Assembly: GCA_963836075.1 (NCBI GenBank)
Contig: CAWIIB010000009.1
Location: 1,728,001-1,792,000 of the forward strand
Length of the DNA stretch: 64,000 nt
Direction of reading: 5' to 3'
Source of the DNA: an uncultured Acidobacteriota bacterium
GTDB taxonomy: Bacteria; Acidobacteriota; JAQAZP01
Position numbers and translations under genes: made by a program. Below, piece after piece: positions 31,758-41,707 of this stretch. Every line of letters starts with the position of its first letter. Within the stretch, counting starts at the first letter, position 1. Under the pieces are notes generated by a model that saw nothing but the letters and a program-made list of their open reading frames with translations, was not told the origin of the DNA and did no database searches.

Positions 31758-31922
31758 ATGGATGGTGAACGACTGCGGGAGAGAGAAGAGAACAGCTCGG
31801 ACCAGGAGACCCGGAACCCCGAGTATATTCCCCCGACAATCACCACGTACAGCAGTGAAGAGATCCTCGAGCAGGTGGGGCCAGCCCAGGCCTGCAGCCC
31901 CGCCCCCTGCGCGATTTTCTAG
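31758..31922 (+). CDS. 54-aa peptide, putative RiPP precursor
   Basis: GGGGAGG RBS; MDGERL...PEYIPPTITTYSSEEILEQVGPAQACSPAPCAIF; downstream hairpin. Confidence 0.7.
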   Translation: MDGERLREREENSSDQETRNPEYIPPTITTYSSEEILEQVGPAQACSPAPCAIF

Positions 31923-31958
31923 CCGGGACGCAGCCCGGTACGGGTCTTCGCGAGTGGA

Positions 31959-31995
31959 ATGCAACTGAATGGGGTCAGGCCCCTTTCTGTTGCAT
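31959..31995. terminator. hairpin downstream of the peptide gene (terminator or REP-like)
   Basis: atgcaac-tgaat-gggg tcagg cccc-tttct-gttgcat imperfect inverted repeat. Confidence 0.45.
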
Positions 31996-32158
31996 ATTCT
32001 ACGTACCCACATTTTCCAATGCCGTGGTTGGCGATGATCTGCGGTAGCGTTCTTTCAGTTTGCAGCCTGCCCGATCGTGATACACTGAATACCCCGATCG
32101 CCGATGCCAGAGAATTTTCCGACCTTTTGCCGGCCACCGTATAGAAGAGGACACCACC

Positions 32159-34627
32159 ATGAAACGCATCCCATTCATCGTCGTCATGATCCTGTTTCTG
32201 TTGCCCCTGTCCGGTTGGGCACTGGACACCGACACCAGGGTGGTCAGCCCGGTCCAATCGTGGAGTGAAGCGGACCTGGCCACCTTCCATGACGGGTGGA
32301 TCTACGTGAAGTTCGTCGAGGGATCCGATGTGCTGCTGCGGGACGGGCGGTTCAGCGACGAGAGCGGTCTCCGGCTTCAGACGGTGAACGGCCTGCTCCA
32401 GGCCAGCAGCGCCAGCGATGTCCGGCCCACCTTCAAAGGCGACCGCGACCGGTTCCGCCGGCTGAAAGCGTTTGGCGAGGCGAAGTCTGGCGTCACCGGC
32501 CCGGATCTCTCCCTCTGGTTCACTCTGCAGGTCCCGGGCGGCAAGGCCGCCCTGGCCCACACGCTCAACGCGCTCAACGCCGACCCGGCGGTGGAGATCG
32601 CCCACCCGGCGCCGCAGGTGGAACTGGCAACGGTCCGGCCGGACCACCCGGCCAAAGCCGCGGCGCCCGCGCCGGGCGGCACCCCCGATTTCACCGGCGA
32701 GCAGCACTATCTCTACGACCCGCCGGTGGGGCTCAATGCCCCGGCGGCCTGGTCGATTCCCGGGGGCAAGGGCGCGGGGATGAAGTTCATCGACGTGGAA
32801 CTGGCCTGGGTGGAAGACCACGAGGATTTCACGGCGGACAACCACTTTTACCTCGGCGGTGCCCCGGAAGATCCGGGGTACAACGACCACGGCACCGCGG
32901 TACTGGGCGAGGTGGTGGGCACACACAACAGCTATGGTGTGGACGGCTTTGCCGCCGACGTCCAGTTCGGCATGGTGGCCATCGACATCAACCAGTATCC
33001 CGATACGGCGCAGTACTTCCAGGAGGCGGTGGACAACCTCGATGCCGGCGACGTCTGGCTCATCGAGTTGCAGATGTACCCCTCGGGCCGCGACGCCACC
33101 CCCATGGAATACGTGCAGGTGAACTACGACGTGATATGGACCGGTGTCTTCTCCCGCGGCGTGGTCTGCGTGGAGGCCGGGGCCAACGGCAGCCAGGACC
33201 TGGATTCCGCTGTCTGGGGCGGGATCTTCGACCGCACGGTACGTGATTCGGGCGCGATCATGGTCGGCGCCGGCACCCCCACCGGACGGGTGGCTGAGTC
33301 GTTCACCAACTACGGCAGCCGGATGGATGTCCACGCCTGGGGATCTCAAATTTACACCACCGGATACGGGGACGCTTACAACGGCGGATCACTGCAGACC
33401 GAATACACCGCAAGCTTTGGCGGCACCTCCGGTGCCTCGCCGATGATCGTCGGCTCCTCGCTCTGCCTCCAGGGTATCGCCAGGGCCAACCTCCTGCGGG
33501 TGCTCGAGCCATTGGAGCTGCGGGCACTGCTCCACGATACCGGCATCGAGCACCTCGACCCGTCGCGGGAGATCGGCCCGCGGCCCGATCTCAGCGCAGC
33601 GGCGGCGATGGTGCTCAGCCTCGGCACACCGGTGGTGATCTGCGGCCCCGGACCAGGGATCGGCAACCCGCCGACGGTGCGACTCTTCCCGCCGGAGCAG
33701 GACGCCGGGATGTTGAGCGAGTTCCCGGCCTACGGCGCTTCCGGCTACGGGGTCAATGTGGACTGCGGAACGGTGGGCGGACTATCGGGCACGATCATTA
33801 CCGGTCCCGGCCCGGGGGACATCTACGGCCCCCATGTCCGCGGATTCACCGGCGACGGCACGCCGTTGCCCAGCCTCAGTTTCCTGGCCTACGGCACGCT
33901 GAAATTCGGGGTCAACGTGACCCTCGGCGACCTTGACGGAGACGGTGCCGCCGAGATCGTCACCGGTGCAGGCCCCGGTGCGGTCTTCGGCCCCCATGTC
34001 CGCGCCTTCAGCTACAACGGGTCGTCGGTCACCCCGGTGCCCGGAGTGAGCTATTTCGCTTACGGCACCAACCAGTGGGGGGTCAACGTGGGCTGCGGGG
34101 ACATCGACGGGGACGGCAGTGACGAGATCGTCACCGGCGCCGGGCCGGGCGCCATCTTCGGCCCCCACATTCGCGGTTGGAACGTGGACGGCGGTCCGGT
34201 GGCCACCATCCCGGCGGTGAGCTTCTTTGCTTACGGCACCAACAGGATGGGGGCCAACGTGGCCTGCGGCGACGTGGATGGTGACGGGATCGACGAGATT
34301 CTCACCGCCCCCGGTCCCTCCGGCGTTTTCGGGGCACACGTCCGCGGGTGGAACTTTGACGGGGGCACCGTGGCGGCCATCCCGGGGATCAACTTCTTTG
34401 CCTGGGACTATCCCGCGGTGCGGTTCGGTGCGCGGGTCTCTTCGGGGATCGACTACAACGGGGACGGTGGGGAAGACATGCTGGTCTCCCCGGGCCCCGA
34501 TCCGGAGGCTCCCGCGCAGCTCAAGGTCTTCGGCTACGACGGTTCCACCACATCGCTGCTGTTCTCGCTCAATGCCTTCGATACCGGGATCACCCACGGG
34601 ATCAATGCCGCGGGTGGAATGATCTAG
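32159..34627 (+). CDS. secreted S8 subtilase with C-terminal FG-GAP-like propeller (module B)
   Basis: Signal peptide; FIDVE, DHGTAV, AGANG, FGGTSGASP; module B from about 33626. Confidence 0.9.
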   Translation: MKRIPFIVVMILFLLPLSGWALDTDTRVVSPVQSWSEADLATFHDGWIYVKFVEGSDVLLRDGRFSDESGLRLQTVNGLLQASSASDVRPTFKGDRDRFRRLKAFGEAKSGVTGPDLSLWFTLQVPGGKAALAHTLNALNADPAVEIAHPAPQVELATVRPDHPAKAAAPAPGGTPDFTGEQHYLYDPPVGLNAPAAWSIPGGKGAGMKFIDVELAWVEDHEDFTADNHFYLGGAPEDPGYNDHGTAVLGEVVGTHNSYGVDGFAADVQFGMVAIDINQYPDTAQYFQEAVDNLDAGDVWLIELQMYPSGRDATPMEYVQVNYDVIWTGVFSRGVVCVEAGANGSQDLDSAVWGGIFDRTVRDSGAIMVGAGTPTGRVAESFTNYGSRMDVHAWGSQIYTTGYGDAYNGGSLQTEYTASFGGTSGASPMIVGSSLCLQGIARANLLRVLEPLELRALLHDTGIEHLDPSREIGPRPDLSAAAAMVLSLGTPVVICGPGPGIGNPPTVRLFPPEQDAGMLSEFPAYGASGYGVNVDCGTVGGLSGTIITGPGPGDIYGPHVRGFTGDGTPLPSLSFLAYGTLKFGVNVTLGDLDGDGAAEIVTGAGPGAVFGPHVRAFSYNGSSVTPVPGVSYFAYGTNQWGVNVGCGDIDGDGSDEIVTGAGPGAIFGPHIRGWNVDGGPVATIPAVSFFAYGTNRMGANVACGDVDGDGIDEILTAPGPSGVFGAHVRGWNFDGGTVAAIPGINFFAWDYPAVRFGARVSSGIDYNGDGGEDMLVSPGPDPEAPAQLKVFGYDGSTTSLLFSLNAFDTGITHGINAAGGMI

Positions 34628-34634
34628 CGCCGGG

Positions 34635-37600
34635 CTAGCCGAAGAGGTCGAAGTCGCCGCCGAGGACGCGGTCGATGCGGCCGGTGCGCCAGCCGTTCAC
34701 CCCGTCACGGACCAGCGGTGACGGTTGTTCACGGTAGCGGCGGACCACCGTGGCGTCGGACGGTTGCGCTTCGCCGAGGGCATCACCGGCCTGCTTGACC
34801 CAGTCGGCCAGGTTGTCCCCGGCCGGCTCGTCCGGTTGGGCGGCCACCCGGACCCGGGCCTTGTCGCGGTGGAAGCCCTTGCCGTCCTGGCCCTCCTCCG
34901 GGGTCTCGAAGACGTGCAGTCCGTGCTCCGGGGCGAGGAAACGGTGGGCGCCGTATCCCGATACCGCGGCCAGCAGGCGGTACGGTTCATCACCGTCGCC
35001 CGATTCTTCCAGCACCCTGAGTTCCATCCGGCGCACCCGGGCCCACTCCTTGTACATCGTGGCGATCCGTCGGGCGAAGCGGTTGTTGCCGCCGGCGGTG
35101 GGCGTCGTGTCGATGGCCGACTCCACCAGCAGAAAGGCGTCCCGCGGCTCGCTGTTGCGCACCGTCTCGCAGGCCGCGTCGAGGAGGAATAGCCGCTGGG
35201 CCAGGCGCTGGACCAGCTGGCGCGGCACCCGCTCGCGGATCCGCTCCCCGTCACCGGTGAGCCGTTGGAACAGCGAGCGGGCGGTGCCGAACCCGGCCTC
35301 GATCCTGTCGAGGTATTCCACCTCGCCGAGGATCGAGAAGCGGTAGGGTGTGGACCAGAAGTCCTCCTGGCCGGTGAGGTCCAGCGCCGCCTGCTTGGTG
35401 TCACGGAATTCGGCCGACTCCACCGCCGTCCTGATCCGCTCGAAATGGGTGGCCAGCAGCTCCACCTCGGCTGCCGTGCCCCGCGGGTCGAGCACCAGTT
35501 TGCCCAGGTCCCGGACATCCTCCTCACCGGTCATGGCCGGCTCAGGTTGGCCGGGTTCCTCTTCCGGGATGTCGGGAGCGTCCGGATCGACGAACTCCAC
35601 CTCCAGCCCCTCGGCACCCCGGCGGAGAAAGAGGAACTGGTCCCCCGAGGGTGCCTCGTGCCCCACGATGGCCGAGGCCAGCGGGGTGAGCAGGTAGCGC
35701 TCCACGGCCCGTTTCAGCGGCCGGGCGCCCAGCTCGGTGGTGAATCCCTTCTCCAGCAGAAACTCCAGGGCCGCCTCGTCCCAGACCACGACCCAGGAGC
35801 GGTTGCGCAGGCCGCGCCGCTGGAAGGCCTCCTCCAGTTCCTTGTTCAGGATGCGGCGGATCACCTCCCGGCCCAGGGGCCGGAAGATCACCACCCGGTC
35901 GAGGCGGTTGAGGAATTCCTTGCGGAAGGCCTTCTGCACCGCGTCCCGCACCTCCCCGGGGTTGAAGGGCGCCTTCTCGCCGGTGAAGCCGAGACCGCCG
36001 GCGCTGCTGATCGCCGCGCCGAGATTCGAGGTGAGGATGAACAGGGCGTGGCGGCAGTCGGTGGTCAGACCGCGCCAGTCGGTGAGCCGGCCGTCGTCGA
36101 AGACCTGGAGAAAGATATCCCAGACCCGGGGGTGGGCTTTTTCGAATTCGTCCAGCAGCACCACCGAGAAGGGCTGTTTGCGGATCTGCTCGGCCAGAGA
36201 GAGCCCGCGCACCTCGGACTGCTCCTCGCCGAAGATCCGGCCCATGCTGTCCGCGGTCTGCAGCTCGCTCATGTCCAGCCGGATCATCCGTTCCGGAGAG
36301 CCGAAGAGGAACTCGGCCAGGGTCTTGGCGATCTCGGTCTTGCCGGTGCCGGTGGGCCCGGCAAAGAGGAAGACTCCGAAGGGCCGGGTGGGATCGTTCA
36401 GCCCGGCCTTGATCATCGTCACCCGGTCCACCAGGCAGTCCACCACTTCGGGTTGGCCCACCACCCGTGAGGTGAACAGCTCGCGAAGACCGGTTATGTC
36501 CAGGGCCTGCCGCTCGTCCAGCAGGCTGGACGGCAGGCCGCTGGTCCGGGCCAGGGTTTCGATCAGGTCGTCGAGGGTCAGCGGCGTGTCGCAGGTGCCT
36601 CCCGGGCCGGCCACCCGGTGGCGGGTCTGCTCCAGCAGGTCCATCAGGCTCCCCGGAGCAGACCGGTGGGCCAGGTACTGGCGAGAGAGGAGCCAGGCCT
36701 CGCGGATGGTCTCCTCACTGAGCAGCGGTTGGCCCGAGCTGGTGGCCAGGCCGGCCGCCCACCGGCCGGCCAGCTGCTGCGCTTCCTCGGCCTGCATCGG
36801 CTCCAGGCGGAGGGCGTCGAAGGCGTCGGCACAGCGGTGGTGGGTCTGCAGCAGCTGTTCAAAGGCCCGGGTGGTCACCTCGCCCAGCACGGTGAACCGG
36901 CTGTTGGCGATCTGGGGCAGGATCACGTCGAGGACGCAGACCGGGCTGGCTGAGTGCTTGCCGGTGTAGGCCAGCATCTGGAAGGCGGGGACATACCACA
37001 GGATGCGGCGGCCGGTCAGCCGGTCGGTGAGCTGGCGCAGCCGTTCCTCCAGCTGGCCGATGTAGACCTGGCCGGCGAGGATGTCCGAGTGGTCCGCCTC
37101 GAAAATCACCCACCCCCGGGCCTGGAGCCGCTGGGCCAGGGTGCGTACCACGGTGGTCTTGCCGGTGCCGGCCTCGCCCACCAGCAGCATGGAACGGGGG
37201 GGCGTGCTCAGCACATTGGCCTCCAGCCGGTCCAACGCCTTCTCCAGCTCAGGTGTGCGTACCAGGCCCTTCGCCGGGGTGTCGCTCCAGACCCGGCCCA
37301 TGCCCTCCAGGAAGCTGATATCCACCGCTGTCCGCTCCATCTCCCGCAGCTCGGCAAGGAGCGGGTCGCCCAGCGAGCGGTCCAGCCGCTGGAGCAGTTC
37401 CACCAGCAGTTCCTTCTTCTCTTCTTCCAGCGGTCTGGTCAGCGAACCGAAGGTCAGTTTCTCACCTTCGGCCACCCTGGCGCGGGCCAGGTCCTCGAAA
37501 AAGGCGAAGGCCTGTGGATTCTGCCAGCTCTCCTCCATGGCGAGCAGGAAGGGGCCCACCAGCGGTTCGTCGGACGGCGTGTGGGCGCGCAGCATTTCCA

Positions 37601-38081
37601 GGCCGAAGAAGCGGGGCCAGGGGGCGATGTGGTTGAGCCTGGTGCGCACGTAGTCGTTCAGCTGCCCCCCGTCCGGCCTGCGGGCCAGCGATTCCAGGGC
37701 CATGCAGGAGAGCAGCTGGTTGTCGCCAAAGGCGAAATCGCGAACGTCGGTGATGGTGAAGGCCGAACTGAGCAGGTGGGCCACCGCCAGCTCGAACTCG
37801 TCGGTTCCCCGCAGGTCGGCCGGGTGGGCCGTGGACTGGTAGAAGCCTTCGATCTCCTGGGCAATGGTGTAGAGCTGGATCCGCAGGGCCACGGCGTCGC
37901 CGCGCTGGGGCGTGGGCGACGGCGGCTCCGGCTGCCCCTGCTTTCCCTCCAGGTCGGCGGGCAGATACGGTGTTTCCTGCACACTCCGCCGTTGCCGCGC
38001 TCTTTTGGCCAGGCGGTCGTTGACCAGGAACACGATGACCATGAACAGGATGCCGAGGCAGAACGCGCCGTAAAATTCCAT
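34635..38081 (-). CDS. ClpA/B-like double AAA+ ATPase with N-terminal TM and C-terminal peptide-release-factor-like (PCRF) region
   Basis: GEAGTGKT; GPTGTGKTE, RLDMSE, VVLLDEFEKAHP, GARPLKR; C-terminal MYKEWA...EHGLH...RRY...LVRD...VLGGDFDLF. Confidence 0.85.
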   Translation of the reverse strand: MEFYGAFCLGILFMVIVFLVNDRLAKRARQRRSVQETPYLPADLEGKQGQPEPPSPTPQRGDAVALRIQLYTIAQEIEGFYQSTAHPADLRGTDEFELAVAHLLSSAFTITDVRDFAFGDNQLLSCMALESLARRPDGGQLNDYVRTRLNHIAPWPRFFGLEMLRAHTPSDEPLVGPFLLAMEESWQNPQAFAFFEDLARARVAEGEKLTFGSLTRPLEEEKKELLVELLQRLDRSLGDPLLAELREMERTAVDISFLEGMGRVWSDTPAKGLVRTPELEKALDRLEANVLSTPPRSMLLVGEAGTGKTTVVRTLAQRLQARGWVIFEADHSDILAGQVYIGQLEERLRQLTDRLTGRRILWYVPAFQMLAYTGKHSASPVCVLDVILPQIANSRFTVLGEVTTRAFEQLLQTHHRCADAFDALRLEPMQAEEAQQLAGRWAAGLATSSGQPLLSEETIREAWLLSRQYLAHRSAPGSLMDLLEQTRHRVAGPGGTCDTPLTLDDLIETLARTSGLPSSLLDERQALDITGLRELFTSRVVGQPEVVDCLVDRVTMIKAGLNDPTRPFGVFLFAGPTGTGKTEIAKTLAEFLFGSPERMIRLDMSELQTADSMGRIFGEEQSEVRGLSLAEQIRKQPFSVVLLDEFEKAHPRVWDIFLQVFDDGRLTDWRGLTTDCRHALFILTSNLGAAISSAGGLGFTGEKAPFNPGEVRDAVQKAFRKEFLNRLDRVVIFRPLGREVIRRILNKELEEAFQRRGLRNRSWVVVWDEAALEFLLEKGFTTELGARPLKRAVERYLLTPLASAIVGHEAPSGDQFLFLRRGAEGLEVEFVDPDAPDIPEEEPGQPEPAMTGEEDVRDLGKLVLDPRGTAAEVELLATHFERIRTAVESAEFRDTKQAALDLTGQEDFWSTPYRFSILGEVEYLDRIEAGFGTARSLFQRLTGDGERIRERVPRQLVQRLAQRLFLLDAACETVRNSEPRDAFLLVESAIDTTPTAGGNNRFARRIATMYKEWARVRRMELRVLEESGDGDEPYRLLAAVSGYGAHRFLAPEHGLHVFETPEEGQDGKGFHRDKARVRVAAQPDEPAGDNLADWVKQAGDALGEAQPSDATVVRRYREQPSPLVRDGVNGWRTGRIDRVLGGDFDLFG

Positions 38082-38148
38082 AACTGAAGGATCTCCTACC
38101 GCATCCTAAGCTTTCACTGTGAGGGAAATCAAGGAAGGCTGGTGGCAG

Positions 38149-38229
38149 GCCCGGTCATGTCCTGTTGCTCCTGAGCGATATCAGGGAGCATAGCGACAGG
38201 AGCGCAGGAGCAACAGGACATGACCGGGC
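38149..38229. repeat. long perfect inverted repeat (25-bp arms), MITE/REP-like or terminator
   Basis: gcccggtcatgtcctgttgctcctg (38149-38173) pairs with caggagcaacaggacatgaccgggc (38205-38229). Confidence 0.8.
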
Positions 38230-38241
38230 GATATCGGACTC

Positions 38242-40917
38242 TCAGTCTCCGGTGCGGAAGAACTGTCCGCCGGCCACCCGTCCGCCGTGGGTCTGCCCGC
38301 TGATCGCGGAGAAATAAGCGGAGTAGATGATCTGCCCCGTGGCGGAGAGGCTGAAGTAACCCACGTTGCAACCGGTGCCCGGGTCCGGGCCCGGGGCCAC
38401 GATAAACTCGTCCGCACCGTCGCCGTCCAGGTCGGTGCAGGCCACCACGGCGCCGAAGTCGTTGCCGAGGGCGAAGAAGTTGACCTCGGACATGGGGTTC
38501 ACGGCAGCGCCGTCGTAGTTGAACCCGCGGATATGGGCGCCGAAGATCTCACCCGGCCCCGGTCCGGTGATGATCTCCGCCATCCCGTCGCCGTCGATGT
38601 CGCCGCAGGCCACGTTGACCCCGTATTTCAGCGTGCCGTAGGCGAAGAAACTCACTGCCGGGTTGGCAGAGGCCGGCGGGGCGCCGTCGTAGTCCCACCC
38701 GCGCACGTGGGGGCCGAAAACGGCGCCCGGTCCCGCGCCGGTGACGATCTCGTCGAACCCGTCACCATCGATGTCGCCGCAGGCCACGTTGACACCCCAC
38801 TTGAGCGTTCCGTAGGCGAAGTAGCTGGCCCCCGGCAGGGGGATCACCGGAGACGCACCGTCGTAATCCCATCCGCGCACGTGGGGACCGAAGACGGCGC
38901 CCGGTCCCGCGCCGGTGACGATCTCGTCAAAGCCGTCCCCGTCCAGGTCGCCGGCGGTCACATTGACCCCGTACTTGTTGGTGCCGTAGGCGAGGAAGGA
39001 GACCCCGGACAGCGGTGTGCCGTCCAGCTCAAAGGCCCGCACGTGGGGGCCGAACACCGCCCCCGGGCCCGGCCCGGTGAGGATCTCGTCGATGCCGTCC
39101 CCGTCCAGGTCGCCGGCGCCCGGGTTGGCGCCGTAGCGGTCAACCCCGTAGGGCACGATCTCTTCGCCCAACTGGTCGGTGTTGCGTTCAAAGGTCCGCA
39201 CCGCGCAGCGGTTTGTCCCGGCAGGGCCGGGGGCGACCACCGCCCCGCCAGTGCCTCTGAGCTTGTAGAGCAGCCAGAGGTCCGGGTCGAGAATCACTCG
39301 CGTGGGCTGCGGGAGCACGGCGATGGCATAGGTCTCGCTGGCCTGGTGCATTCTGACAGTCTCACGCTGCGTGCCCTCCGGCGTGACGATGGCCAGTTCC
39401 AGCGGCGTGTCGAACAGCGGGGTCTGCGCATTGACCTCCTGCACCTGGTCGACGGTCAGGGAGAGCACGCCCCCGGCCCAGCTCCACTCGTAGCGAAATT
39501 CGGGGTAACCGGCCAGGTAGACCCACTGCTGGAAGAAGGTCTCCAGGTCGAGACCCGAGATATCCTCGGCCGCGGCGATAAAGTCCTCGGTGGTGGCGGT
39601 GGAATAGGCGTGGCGAGTGGCGTACTCGTGGAAGATATCGGCGAACACCTCGTCCCCGGTCATCCGGCGCAGCATGTGCAGCACCCAGGAGCCCTTGTAG
39701 TAGACGGTGAGCCCAAACCAGTAGTCGGGGTCATAGAGCGGGTAGCGGCCCCAGGATTCTTCGTGGCTGAAATACTGCCGGCGGCGGTTCTCCATCCAGC
39801 CCAGGAAGCTGTCGCGGCCGTAGTGGTGTTCGTCGAACAGGGCGTCGAAGTAGGTGGCGAACCCCTCGTTGAGCCAGATGTTCTCCCAGCCGTGGCAACC
39901 AACCAGGTTGCCCCACCAGTGGTGGGCCAGCTCGTGGGCCACCACCCACTCCCAGTCCCGGGAGCCGGTGACCCACTGGGATTCCATGGTGACCATGGTC
40001 TGGTGTTCCATGGTGGACCCGGCGGCGGCCATGGCCTGGCCGAAGGTGGGATAGGGGTAGGGGTAGTAGTTGTCGGAGAAGAAGTCGATCATCTCCGGCA
40101 GGTTCTCCCAGTCGTAGACCGCGTCCTCCATCCGGTCGGGGTAGACGAAGTGTTTGAGCGGCACGCCGCCGGCAGTGGTCTGGGTGTAGTTGTCGTAGTC
40201 CGAGACGGCGAGCATGATCAGGTAGGTGGCGATGGAGTAGTCGTGAAAGTAGTTCCAGGTCATGGTGCCGTCGCCGTTGTCCACCGTGCTCAGCAGGTCG
40301 CCGTTGGAGGCCACCTTCATCGACTGCGGGGCGGTGATGTGCCCGCGGTACCAGTCGGCCCGGTCCTCGGGCAGGTCGCGGCAGGGATACCAGTAGCGGG
40401 ACCCTTCCGGCTCGGTGATCGTCCAGCAAACGCCCCCATTCTGGTCGTCGAAGTGCAGTCCGGTCACCGGTGTTCCGTGGTAGCTGATGGCGAACGACCG
40501 CTCCTCGTCGAGGCCCATGGGCGTGGCCGGCTGAATAATCAACGCCGCGTCGTTGTGATGCCAGGACACCGGGATGGCCCCGCTCTCCACCACGTCCAGA
40601 ACCGTCATCTGCACCAGATCGAGGGTAAAGCCGGTGCACCCCGCTTCCAGGCTGCGCACGCCCACGGTGCAGACGGCGCTGATATATTCCGCGTCGAAGT
40701 CGAGGGTGATGTCGATTTCGTAGGAGACCACATCGATGTTGTCGCTGGAAGAGCTCTCCCTGGTTTCGTGGTTGCGGTGTTCCCAGGCGGGTGCGGGCTG
40801 TGGACCCTTGCCGGCATCGAGGATTTCGTCAGGGATCCTCGCCTCCAGTGGGGCTGAGGGAAGAAGGCCGAGAACGAGGACAAGAAGAAGGACTGCTGCA
40901 CCGCTGCGATTGCGCAT
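38242..40917 (-). CDS. secreted M1 aminopeptidase with C-terminal FG-GAP-like propeller (module B)
   Basis: Signal peptide; (G)STMEH, HELAHHWWG...WLNEGFATY, YYKG; module B about 38242-39250. Confidence 0.9.
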   Translation of the reverse strand: MRNRSGAAVLLLVLVLGLLPSAPLEARIPDEILDAGKGPQPAPAWEHRNHETRESSSSDNIDVVSYEIDITLDFDAEYISAVCTVGVRSLEAGCTGFTLDLVQMTVLDVVESGAIPVSWHHNDAALIIQPATPMGLDEERSFAISYHGTPVTGLHFDDQNGGVCWTITEPEGSRYWYPCRDLPEDRADWYRGHITAPQSMKVASNGDLLSTVDNGDGTMTWNYFHDYSIATYLIMLAVSDYDNYTQTTAGGVPLKHFVYPDRMEDAVYDWENLPEMIDFFSDNYYPYPYPTFGQAMAAAGSTMEHQTMVTMESQWVTGSRDWEWVVAHELAHHWWGNLVGCHGWENIWLNEGFATYFDALFDEHHYGRDSFLGWMENRRRQYFSHEESWGRYPLYDPDYWFGLTVYYKGSWVLHMLRRMTGDEVFADIFHEYATRHAYSTATTEDFIAAAEDISGLDLETFFQQWVYLAGYPEFRYEWSWAGGVLSLTVDQVQEVNAQTPLFDTPLELAIVTPEGTQRETVRMHQASETYAIAVLPQPTRVILDPDLWLLYKLRGTGGAVVAPGPAGTNRCAVRTFERNTDQLGEEIVPYGVDRYGANPGAGDLDGDGIDEILTGPGPGAVFGPHVRAFELDGTPLSGVSFLAYGTNKYGVNVTAGDLDGDGFDEIVTGAGPGAVFGPHVRGWDYDGASPVIPLPGASYFAYGTLKWGVNVACGDIDGDGFDEIVTGAGPGAVFGPHVRGWDYDGAPPASANPAVSFFAYGTLKYGVNVACGDIDGDGMAEIITGPGPGEIFGAHIRGFNYDGAAVNPMSEVNFFALGNDFGAVVACTDLDGDGADEFIVAPGPDPGTGCNVGYFSLSATGQIIYSAYFSAISGQTHGGRVAGGQFFRTGD

Positions 40918-40996
40918 GATCTATCTCCTGGATGTGACGACCTCTGAGTTCCACATCCAGGAGTTTATCACGCGATGGATGCCGGTTCTCTCTTTC

Positions 40997-41605
40997 CTAT
41001 TCGTAGAACATCCAGCTGGCGTATTCGCCGGTGCGGTCCCACTCCTCCCAGCCGTTCTTGTAGTAGGCGATCACGTCCTTGATCTGCTGGGCCTGAAGAA
41101 AGCCGACGTGGACAAAGAGGGTGTGCCCCTTGGGCGAGTATAAGCGGTGCTCGGGCACGGTCTTGTACCAGAGTTCCGCCGCCACCACGCGCTCCTTGGG
41201 CAGGTTGAACCGGGCGGCCCACTCCTTGGCCGTGTCCACGGTGGCATGGTCGTTGTAGGCGTTGCTCTTGCCGGTCATCACGGTGAGGAAGACGATCTCG
41301 TCCCCCAGTTCATGCTCCACGCTCTGGGTCACCGGTGTCTGCTGGGCGCAGGCCGGGCACCAGGTGGCGGCATACTCGCACCAGACAAAGCGCCCCTCGA
41401 AGTCGGTCATCGAGACCCCGCGTCCCAGGGCGTTGGGCCGCGGTTTCTGCGTCCGTCCGGTGGAGTAGGAGTCGTCCCCCATGTTGCCCACCACCTTGTC
41501 CAGGTCCTTCATCTTGCCCCAGGAGCGTTTCACCGGCCCGTCGTCGCCGCAGCCGCACAGGGCGACCATCGTGATGAGAATAGGGAGCAGGCGTGCCTGT
41601 TTCAT
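40997..41605 (-). CDS. thioredoxin-fold (TlpA-like) lipoprotein
   Basis: Lipobox ALCGC; ATWCPAC; cis-Pro TVPE. Confidence 0.82.
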   Translation of the reverse strand: MKQARLLPILITMVALCGCGDDGPVKRSWGKMKDLDKVVGNMGDDSYSTGRTQKPRPNALGRGVSMTDFEGRFVWCEYAATWCPACAQQTPVTQSVEHELGDEIVFLTVMTGKSNAYNDHATVDTAKEWAARFNLPKERVVAAELWYKTVPEHRLYSPKGHTLFVHVGFLQAQQIKDVIAYYKNGWEEWDRTGEYASWMFYE

Positions 41606-41707
41606 GGTGCGCGTACCTCAACATTGATGATGGTGCTGATGGTGTTGTTGGGCCAAGAATGACGCGAAGCGGGCGGGGAGTCAAGCGGGACTGTACCGTG
41701 CCCGGGT

